NCBI GenBank assembly: GCA_000388065.2
Contig: KB932215.1
Direction: 5' to 3' (one strand)
From: Fonticula alba ATCC 38817
Lineage: Eukaryota > Protista > Nucleariida
Length of the DNA: 10,909 nucleotides
A program made the translations under genes and the position numbers. Positions within the stretch are counted from its first letter, which is position 1. Each line of letters opens with the position of its first letter. The notes under the pieces were generated by a model. That model searched no databases and had not been told where the DNA came from. It worked only from the letters and a program-made list of their open reading frames with translations. Positions 1-7,757 of the stretch are shown here, piece after piece.

Positions 1-24
1 GCGCGCGCGCGCGCGCGCGCGCGC
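1..24. repeat. (GC)12 dinucleotide repeat at the window start; potential Z-DNA tract
   Basis: gcgcgcgcgcgcgcgcgcgcgcgc read directly; may be truncated by the window or contig edge. Confidence 0.95.
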
Positions 25-1180
25 ACCCCCCTCGCTTGTGGGGGGAAGGGGGCGGGGGAGTGTGTGCAATGGGGAGGCGTGTATGCATGTGTGTGCCTGT
101 GTGCCACACGCTCGCATGCGCGCGTCTGATGGCGCGCGCGCGCGCTCCCCACGCTGAGGAAGACAAACAAAAAATCCCCCCACACGTCATTGCCCACTTT
201 TCCATCCTCCTCTTGTACGTGGATGCTGACTGCGACCGCCCAAAACGATACCCCGCGACGTGACTCCGATGGTGTGTCATCGACGGCGCGCGTGCGCGTG
301 TGGTCCATGATGTGTGTATGCCTGTGGTGTGTGTGTGTGTGTGGTGGCTCATGTACGTTTGCCCCACCTCCCCCCCCTGGTGTGCGTACACACTGACCAA
401 TCTCCCTCCCCCCCCGCCCCTCCCTCGCGCGTGCGCGCTCCCGTGTGCGTGCGTGCGTGTGTTGTGTGTGTGTGTGTGTTGGGTTGGGTCCTGGTCTCTG
501 CGCTCCGTCGTCGTCGTCGTCGATCACACCCCCATCGGGTTCACCGTTGTGTTTCCCTCTCTCTTTCGTCTTGGTGTCTCCCCTCCCGTCGTCGTCTCCT
601 CCTCTGTCCACGCCGCCATCGGCCGCCATGTGCGCGTGTCCCGCGAACGCGCGCGCCTTCTGGGTTCCTCACGCGCGCCGCTGTTGCCGCGCGGGGGGAT
701 GTTGCATGCTCCTCCCTCTCCTTGCCTTGCGTCATCCTCTGATTTGCCGCGCCGCCGTTGCCGCGCGCGTGCGTGCGTGTGATGTAACGTGCCCGTTCGT
801 TCTTCCCCGCGTGTGAACCTGTCCGCCCGGCGCGCGTGCGCCTGGCCACGCGTGCGCGTGCGTGCGTGTGTGCGTGCGCACGCCCCTGCCGCGCCTGTTC
901 ACCGGTTTGTGTGCGCACCTGGGACCATGTGCGGATGCGTTGCTGCCCGGGGTGTGTATGTGTGTGTGTCTTTGAACGTGCACGCCACGAACCTCCCCGC
1001 TTCCCGCTCCTCGCCGCCCCTCTGGCCCTCCCATCTGCCCACCCGGTGCCGGCGTCTCCGGGGGTGTGTTTTTTCTGGTGGGACCCACGCGCGCGCATAT
1101 GATGTGGATATGCATATATGTGCGCGTGTCGCGCCCCTCCATCCGTGCCTCGTACCACGCGTCCCGCGCCGCCTGTTTCT

Positions 1181-1203
1181 CCCCCCCCCCCCCCCCCCCC
1201 CCC
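1181..1203. repeat. C23 homopolymer (G23 on the minus strand)
   Basis: Direct read. Confidence 0.95.
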
Positions 1204-2323
1204 TGCCCGCCCGTCGGACTGCCGGTTGTGCGTGTGCCGCGCGCGCCTGCGTATGCGCGCACCGCTCACCCCCCGCGCGGTGGTCCCCGGTCGGTGTGCA
1301 AACCCGTGTGCGGCGCCGCCGTGTGCGCGCATGTGTGTGTGTGTGCTCTCCTTCTCGGTGGTGTGCCCCACTCCTCCTTGCTCCCACACCCGGGCCGCGC
1401 CTGCCCTCCCCCTCTCTCGGACCGGACTTGGACCTTCGGACCGGACCTGTCTGCCCGGCTACTCCTGTTCGGGTTATGTGTGTTCCGTGCTTCGGTCTTC
1501 GCGACCACACGCGCCGCCCCACACACCCGTGCTTTTTCGCCGCCGCGCACGCATGTGCACGCGTGCGTGTGTACCATCCTCGGCGACACCGCGCGTCTCC
1601 CTCTCTCTGTGGATCTCTCTCCCCTGCGCACTGCTGCGCACCCCCCTCTCCGACACATCATCAATCGCCACACATACATGGATCGCGGCGTGATGGATCT
1701 TCTCTCAACCCCCTTCACCCCTCCCCCATACCCTCGCCCGCGTGTGTGCACTCGGTCTGTGCGCGTATGGTGGCCGTGTGTGTGTGTGTGTGTGCGTGTG
1801 TGTTGTGTGTCTGCGTGTGTGTGTGTGTGTGTATGTGCGCCGCTTGCGCCGCGTGTGCCCTCGTCACGCACGTGCGCGCTCGCGCACCCCTGGGACCGAT
1901 TCCTCCGCTCCCTCGGGGGGACCCACTGGTGTGACGCGGTGTTGTCGCCCCGATGCGGCGCCACACACGTGCGCGCGCATTGTGTGTGCGCCTGCGTGCG
2001 TTGATGCCTGGTGTGGCGCCCTTGGTGTGTGTGTCTTTGCACGAACCCCCGCCCTTGGGAAATCCCCCTCTTCCGCGCCTTGTCCCACCCCCCGTCGTGT
2101 CTTCGTCCTCTGGCTCCCGCCCGGGGGGGTGACATTTGCCCCGCCGGCCCCTCCGCGCGCGCATATGTGTGTGCGTGTGCGTGTACGTGGGACCCCGCAC
2201 TTCCGGCGCTCTCTCTTTCTCTGTCCTGCGCTGCGCGTCGGTCGCCGCTGTGCGCGTTCGCTCGGACCCACATGTGCCGCCGTGGCCGCGTGTGATCGTG
2301 TGTCTCAACGCTTCTCTCTACGG

Positions 2324-2362
2324 CATCGTCATCATCGCCATCATCGTCATCATCGTCATCGT
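2324..2362. repeat. Degenerate triplet repeat of CAT and CGY units with an approximate 9-bp period (CATCATCGT)
   Basis: cat cgt cat cat cgc cat cat cgt cat cat cgt cat cgt (13 triplets). Confidence 0.85.
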
Positions 2363-2751
2363 GGTCTCGCCTACGCTACGACCTGTCCCCCTTCCACACA
2401 CACACATCTCCCCTCCTCCCCCCACCGTGCATACTGCTCCGTCTTCCTCCTCCTCGCTGCCCCACACGCACACATTGCCCCGCCGTCCACATCACCCCCT
2501 GCGCCCGTCCCCCCCCCCCTCCCCATCGTCGACGTCACGTCTCTCCACCGTGTGTCCGTCTCCGCCCCTTTCTCGCGCCCCCTCCGTCACACGGCCACAC
2601 CACACCCTATGGTGTGTCCCCATCATGGGTGTGTGCCTGTGTGTCCATCTGTGTGCCGGTCTGTGTGTGTGTGTGTGGTCTGGGGCTGTGCGGATGCGCG
2701 CACGCGTGTGTGCCTCTGTGTGTGTATCGTGTACTCCCACGCTTGGGCGGT

Positions 2752-2822
2752 GTACTATTCGAAAAGAGTATTTTTGAGTTTTTCCTCAGCCTCCCCCCAA
2801 ACTACCGTACACTTTTCTCATC
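2752..2822 (+). promoter_or_regulatory. AT-rich 5' leader of the Q-rich gene: candidate initiator region and/or splice acceptor (T-rich tract plus CAG ending at 2789) with a 33-nt leader before the ATG
   Basis: Abrupt AT-rich island (tactattcgaaaagagtatttttgagtttttcctcag) in GC-rich surroundings, ending 33 nt before CATC-ATG-G. Function is inferred, not shown. Confidence 0.35.
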
Positions 2823-3269
2823 ATGGCCAACCAGCAGCCCCAGAAGAACCAGCAGCAGCAGGCTTGCGCCCAAAAGGGCCAGCAGCAGCAGCAGGCCTGT
2901 GCCCAAAAGAACGCCGCCGCTTGCCCCCCGGGCCAGGCCCAGGCTCAGAAGGCCGGTGCTCAGTGCCCGCCGGGCGCCCACCTCCAGCAGCAGCAGCTGC
3001 CTAAGCAGCAGCAGGGTGCCGCTGCCCAGCAGCAGTTCCATGCTTCGGCTCAGCAGCAGCAGGGTGCCGCCGGCGCCCACTCGGCCGGTGCCCGGGTGAA
3101 CGCCGCCGCCCCTGCTCACCAGCAGCAGCAGCAGCAGCGCGGCGCGGCCCAGGCCCAGCGTGGCCAGGCCATGTCTGCCCAGTCCGCTCAGCAGCAGCAG
3201 CCTGCCGCCCGGGCCCAGGCCCAGGCCCAGCAGCAGCAGCAGCAGCAGCAGCAGCACCAGCAGCGCTAA
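2823..3269 (+). CDS. Small intronless Gln/Ala-rich low-complexity protein (148 aa; 59 Q, 38 A, no D/E; 4 Cys in the N-terminal third); function unknown, probably intrinsically disordered
   Basis: ATG at 2823 in a tcatcATGG context and TAA at 3267-3269. Codon bias is typical of a real gene: 57 of 59 Gln are CAG, Ala is almost all GCC/GCT, Gly GGC/GGT, Lys AAG, Asn AAC. TG/CG microsatellites and homopolymers are absent inside the ORF and resume outside it. No recognisable domain or homolog by eye. Confidence 0.85.
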   Translation: MANQQPQKNQQQQACAQKGQQQQQACAQKNAAACPPGQAQAQKAGAQCPPGAHLQQQQLPKQQQGAAAQQQFHASAQQQQGAAGAHSAGARVNAAAPAHQQQQQQRGAAQAQRGQAMSAQSAQQQQPAARAQAQAQQQQQQQQQHQQR

Positions 3270-4050
3270 GCGGCGGCGAGGGGACATGAGTAACGCCTGT
3301 CTCTAGGCCTTCTCGCCCCCCTCCCCCCCCTCTGTGTGATGTCTCTCCCTCTCTCACACCCGCCGGCTTCCCCCTCGCCTTTTCCCTGGTCTCCCCGTGC
3401 TCTCTAGTGCGCGCGCACGCGCGTACACGGCACCGCCTGCCCCTATCCCCCCTCTCTCTATGATGGAAACGGGGCTCCGGTGATATACATACACACGCCA
3501 ATGGTGGTGTGTGCATGTGTGTGCGTACGTGCCTGAGTGTGTCTGCCCAAAAGACGGATACGTTCACGGCTGAGCGCGTGACAGGGGGAAAGGCGTCGCC
3601 CCCCCTTCCAGCCACCCCCGGTCCTCGGCGGGTGGCAGGACGGCGGCATACACGCCCCCCGCGTCCGTGTGTGGGCAGAGAGACAGCTGCCTGTGTGTGG
3701 AGCACACTGTGTGTAAGCACGCATGCTCCCTGAGCGTGTGTGGACTGCGACCCCCCCCATATGGACGGCCCAGACCCAAACGCTGGCAGAGGACATCCGG
3801 CGTGAGTGTGTGTGTGTGTACGTACCCCCTGTCAGGGGGGATGCGCGCGCACCGCACACTCGTCGAACAGCGTCCCCTGCCCGCGCTGGCCCGTCTCTTC
3901 CCCCCCCCACATACCACTCTCTCTTCACATAACCCCCCATCTCCACAGAGTGTATCTGCCTGTGTGTGTGTGGCAAAACACCACCGTCCGACTTCCGCGT
4001 GCGTGCGTGTGTGTGTGTAGTACGCACCGTGAGGGGCGGCATGTCTGAGG

Positions 4051-4102
4051 ATGTGTGTACGTGTGTGTGTGTGTGTGTGTGTGTGCGCGTGCGCGCATAT
4101 GC
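4051..4102. repeat. 52-bp uninterrupted alternating purine-pyrimidine tract containing a (GT)12 core; potential Z-DNA
   Basis: atgtgtgtacgtgtgtgtgtgtgtgtgtgtgtgtgcgcgtgcgcgcatatgc alternates R/Y at every position. Confidence 0.9.
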
Positions 4103-4740
4103 TTGTGTGCGTGTGTAAACATACGTGCAGAGGCCTCTGCGTGTGCGCCGCCCCGCCCCCCCCCAGACCCCACACGCCCCACACTCCCCCGAGAATGCTC
4201 CTCCCCCCCACAGCCAACGTGCGTATCTCTACCCTCGCTCTCACGCATCCCACCCCCGGGGGACCGTGCGTGGCCCCCTCCTCTTTTGTCAGGTTGTTCT
4301 TCTCCCCCTCGCTCCTTGCGGGGGGTGGCGCAAGTCACGCGGGATCTTCCGTGTGCCCCCCTCGCGATATCCTCTCTCCCTCTCTCCCTCGCTCGGTGTC
4401 TCTTCTCCCCAAGCGCGCGTGTGTGTGCCAGGGGAAAAGCCCGAAAGGGAAGGAGCAGAGACGGCGCGGGGAACAACACGCACATGGCTTTCATGTGTCC
4501 CCCGTGTACTACGTGTACTACATGTAATGCGCCCCCCTCAAAAAAGGCCCAAGCCCCATCGGGGCGGAATAAACACCCACAGAAGATGGCCTTCACAGGC
4601 AGAACACAAAAACACACCTTGTTGTGTCTCCCTCTCCCTCCTCCTCCCTTCTGTCCTCTCTCCCCTCTCCCTCATCGGGAGAGAGAGGCAAACACCCTGC
4701 CCCCTCCCCTGCCTGGGGGGAGCAGCCAGAGCCAGTGCCG

Positions 4741-4742
<2 letters not shown>

Positions 4743-4780
<38 letters not shown>
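4743..4780. repeat. (CT)19 microsatellite
   Basis: Direct read of a perfect CT repeat. Confidence 0.95.
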
Positions 4781-4785
<5 letters not shown>

Positions 4786-4801
4786 CGTTGGACCTGGGCA
4801 A

Positions 4802-4831
4802 GAGAGGGGACGCCTCAAAATGTCCCCTCTC
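4802..4831. other. Perfect 10-bp inverted repeat (GAGAGGGGAC / GTCCCCTCTC) with a 10-nt loop
   Basis: Arms at 4802-4811 and 4822-4831 are exact reverse complements. Confidence 0.8.
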
Positions 4832-5401
4832 CCCAGAGACAACGCAGAGAGACGCGCTCAGAGAAAGGCCTCTCCCCCCACTCCCCCCTTTCCCTGCTTC
4901 CTCTCTCCCCACAGGCATCTCTCCTTCCCCCCGGGGGAGGGGACAGCCAAAAAAAGAAAAAGGGATACCGTGGTGGTCCCCCCCTGCTTTTTCCCACTCT
5001 CCCCTCCTGCGGAAAAAGACAATTCCCCCCCCGACACACACAAGCGCGCAGGGATCAAAGTGCGCCCCTTTCCCCCCCATGCTCTGAGGAGGAAGGGAGA
5101 GCGAGCGATGCGGCGCGCGCCTCACTGTGCGCGAGAGCTGCCCGCTGCGCTTCCTCCCTCCCCCTCCGCAGGAGAAGAGGACCGCGCGCATGTGCTGCGC
5201 TGGCCCCAAAAAGCGGGAGGGCAATAAGGCTCGCCCGCCGCCCCCGCCCACCACACACATGTGGTGGTGCGATGGCCGGACAGCAGCTGGCGCGCGCAGG
5301 TGTCATAGAAGAGATATGCGCGCATGGGAGAACATATGCGCGCGTGCGTGCGCCTCGTCGCGCGCAACGACAGGCACCGACTTGTGCCGGCGGATCCGTG
5401 T

Positions 5402-5443
5402 GGGCCGGGGAGGGGGGAGGGTTCCCCCCCCCCCCCCCCGCCA
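5402..5443 (+). other. Canonical G-quadruplex motif (GGG-CC-GGGG-A-GGGGGG-A-GGG) followed by TT-C16-GCCA
   Basis: Four G-tracts of 3 or more with 1-2 nt loops at 5402-5421; C16 at 5424-5439. Confidence 0.75.
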
Positions 5444-5704
5444 CACACCCCGCCGCGGGCATGCGAGACGGCACCCACGCACGCACGCACGAAACCACCT
5501 ACGCCTGGGAGCATTAGTAAGACAACAAAAATAAAAAGCCCAAGCACGTTGAAAGCAAAGGGGACCAGGAAGAATAATGGTACAACACACCCACAGCATC
5601 ACGGGAACCGGCCCCCTGCGTACCGGCGACGGATGCATGCCCATGCCGGAGAGAAGGAGCCCCTGGGGCCGCGGATCTTCCCCCCCGCTGCGGGGGCTTG
5701 GTGC

Positions 5705-5777
5705 GGGGGGGGGGGGGGGGGGGGGGGGCGGTGGGGGGGGGGGGGGGGGGGGGGGTCCCCCCCCCCCCCCCCCGCCA
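5705..5777 (+). repeat. G24-CGGT-G23-T-C17-GCCA homopolymer complex (G-quadruplex and hairpin capable)
   Basis: G24 at 5705-5728, G23 at 5733-5755, C17 at 5757-5773. These are the only very long plus-strand G runs in the window. Confidence 0.9.
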
Positions 5778-6158
5778 TCACGCGCGCGCCGCCCTTTTTT
5801 CGGCCCCGTGTTGTGTCCTCGGTCTTTTGCTTCTCCGGTCTTTTTTCGGGCGAGAACATGTCGGCGGAAGCGCAGGGGCTCCCCTGAAAAGGGGACCGTG
5901 CGCGCGCCGCCGCCATGGGACGCGTGGCCTCTTTTTTTGCGCTCAGTCTGCCGGCTGAGAGATCCGCCCTTTTTTTTTTCGTGTCCAAGCGCGCATCCCC
6001 CTCCTTCCCTTTTCTTGCCTGGCCTTCTGGCCCTTTTCCCCTGCGTCGAGCCAAGACGCGCGGCGGCTCGTTGCACGCGCGCGCGTCATGACGGCGCGCA
6101 CCCCCGTGTGGCCCATCTCATGCACAGCATCTTGTCCGAGAGTGTGTCCCCTCCCTTG

Positions 6159-6166
6159 TATAAAAA
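6159..6166 (+). promoter_or_regulatory. TATA-box-like motif TATAAAAA
   Basis: Matches the TATAWAWR consensus in a GC-rich context, but no convincing gene follows it. Confidence 0.2.
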
Positions 6167-6409
6167 GGCGGGCGCCCGGAGAGAAGATGCGGGGCATGAT
6201 GGCGCGTGCGCGCGTGTGTGTGTGTGTGCCCCATGCGCGTGCCATCCGAGTGACGCATGCGGCAGGATCGACCAAAAGGACAAAGGCGAGCCCGGCCGGG
6301 GCAAAAATGAGGCGCGGGGGAATGCTCTTTCAGTTCACGACGGGGGGATTCCCGATGCCGAGACCGTAAAACCCCCCATTGAAGGGGGAAAGAGGCCAGG
6401 GGTGGTGCA

Positions 6410-6432
6410 CCCCCCCCCCCCCCCCCCCCCCC
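6410..6432. repeat. C23 homopolymer
   Basis: Direct read. Confidence 0.95.
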
Positions 6433-7684
6433 CGGAAGAGACGCGCGAGGCGAAGACGACGATAGGACCGCCGAAGAAGCAGGGGGGCAGCCGCGAGAGA
6501 CACGCCCCCATACACACGTCTCCTGCATGTGCTCAGCAGCGTAGCAGCGAGCGCCAAGTGTATCGCGCCTCCCTCCCCCCTCTCTTCTCCCCCTTCACAC
6601 ATGCACACATGCGCCCAGCCCCCCCGCTCTCTCCTGGCCGTGTCGCTGCCTTCTGCGTGTCGGGCTCCCTTCGGAGGCCCGCGCGGCACATGCGCGCTCG
6701 CGTGCGCGCATGCTCAAAGAAGGCCGTGCCGGCGAAAAAAACGGAGAGGCGCGCTGCGGCGACAGTGTGTGTGTGTATCTGGACTGGAGAAAGAAAGCGG
6801 AGCGGGTGGCGGCGCACGCTCCCGCTCTTTCCTGTGAGAGCGCGCCCGGCCCCTCCGATGAGCGAGAAAGGTGTAGCATCCAGCGGCGCGCACACATCAT
6901 ATCATGTGTGCGCATGCGTGCATGTGCGTGTATGCGTGTCTCGCCCTCCCCGGTGGGTGGGGGCGTGTGCACGCAAGCAGAGCGCGCTCACCCGCGGACG
7001 ACATATGCCGCGCACACACAGGTCGCGCGCGCGTGTGTGCGTATAGATAAGCCCTCCAAGAGGCGGCGCATTTTGCCCCTCCGTGTTTCGGTGCGTGCGC
7101 GCGCGCACATCCGCGAGCGCGAGAAAGCACGCGGGGTGTGTGCAAAGCGTGTGCGTGTGTGAGTCCCGACAGAGTGGGGCGGAAGAGGGGTCCGAGGTGA
7201 CCCACGCATGTGCGTGCATGCCGAGAGAGCGTGCGGGGGGAGTGCGGAGTTTTCTCCGGCCAAGGGCGCCCGTGGGTGGCGGCAGCAGCGCGAATGAGCC
7301 TGCCCGACACTCCCTCGGCCGCCGCCGCCGGCGCGCGCCGCCCTGTCCCCCAGTGCGCACGCGCCTCCCTCCCTGCAACACTGTCTATGCATGCGCGCAT
7401 GGGCGCGCGTAGGCCTCGCCTTTCTCTTCCCCCTCCCTCTCGCGCTTCATGCTGTTCACGCCGCGCCTGCCCCCGCCGCGCTGAGATCCCCGCCGCCGTG
7501 CACAAAATAGCGCGCACGCATTCGTTGGGGGGCGGGGCGCCCTCCTTCTTTGGTTGGCTTTTTTTGCGCGCGTGCGTGCATGCCTGTGCGCGTGCATTGA
7601 TGTGTGTGAACCTGGGTACGTGCATGTGTGTATGCGCGTGTAGATATGTCGTGTATCTCGCGGGGACGGAAACAAAGCCCCCCT

Positions 7685-7757
7685 CCCCCGCAAGGGGGGT
7701 GTGCATCATCCCCACACACATGTGTGTGTGTGTGGAGCATCTCTCCCCTTGCGGGGG
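7685..7757. repeat. Nested inverted repeat: perfect 13-bp outer arms (CCCCCGCAAGGGG / CCCCTTGCGGGGG) around a central 16-bp palindrome CACACACA|TGTGTGTG
   Basis: Outer arms at 7685-7697 and 7745-7757; inner palindrome at 7713-7728. The two symmetry centres coincide within 1 nt. Confidence 0.8.

Larger units (their letters stand above)
300..2730. repeat. Non-coding field of degenerate (TG)n/(TGCG)n microsatellites interspersed with C/T-rich tracts, upstream of the Q-rich gene
   Basis: Many GT/GC alternating runs (e.g. 327-342, 847-883, 1775-1839, 2665-2725) and polypyrimidine stretches. ORFs here translate as CVCV/RAR/PPP low-complexity peptides without coding-like codon usage. Confidence 0.8.

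Noticed and set aside
300-2777. Multiple overlapping 120-420 aa ORFs on both strands (CVCV, HTHT, RAR, PPP)
   Set aside because: Open in several frames at once and directly explained by microsatellite translation.
2770-2777. ATTTTTGA resembling an snRNA Sm site
   Set aside because: It lacks the preceding purine and any snRNA or SL-RNA-like stem-loop context; better explained as part of the gene's T-rich leader.
2614-3099. Ser-rich plus-strand ORF overlapping the gene in another frame
   Set aside because: It is the AGC (poly-Ser) frame of the same CAG repeats, and its N-terminal part is TG-microsatellite translation.
2802-3287. Minus-strand 161-aa Leu/Gly-rich ORF
   Set aside because: It is the antisense shadow of the CAG-rich gene (CTG gives poly-Leu). 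The codon bias fits the plus-strand frame.
3275-3317. Possible stem-loop immediately after the stop codon
   Set aside because: It relies on G-U pairs and a large bulge in GC-rich sequence. The stop is TAA, so a SECIS or readthrough role is unsupported.
3760-3807. Consensus donor-like GTGAGT at 3802 after a short non-repetitive stretch
   Set aside because: No convincing exon frame or matching acceptor; GTGAGT arises easily at the edge of a (TG)n run.
3713-4573. TGTAA (3713) and AATAAA (4568) as poly(A) signals
   Set aside because: The lineage and its signal are unknown, and both motifs occur several times in the window.
5540-5835. Weak inverted similarity between the A-rich flank (5540-5590) and the T-rich flank (5807-5833) of the G/C tract
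   Set aside because: Only short gapped matches (GTGTTGT, TCCT, GGTC, TTTGCTT) in compositionally biased sequence; not alignable as a true inverted repeat.
5577-7046. 489-aa plus-strand ORF as a whole
   Set aside because: It runs through G24/G23/C17 and C23 homopolymers and TG/CG repeats, with no domain and no codon bias. Long open frames are expected where stop codons are scarce.
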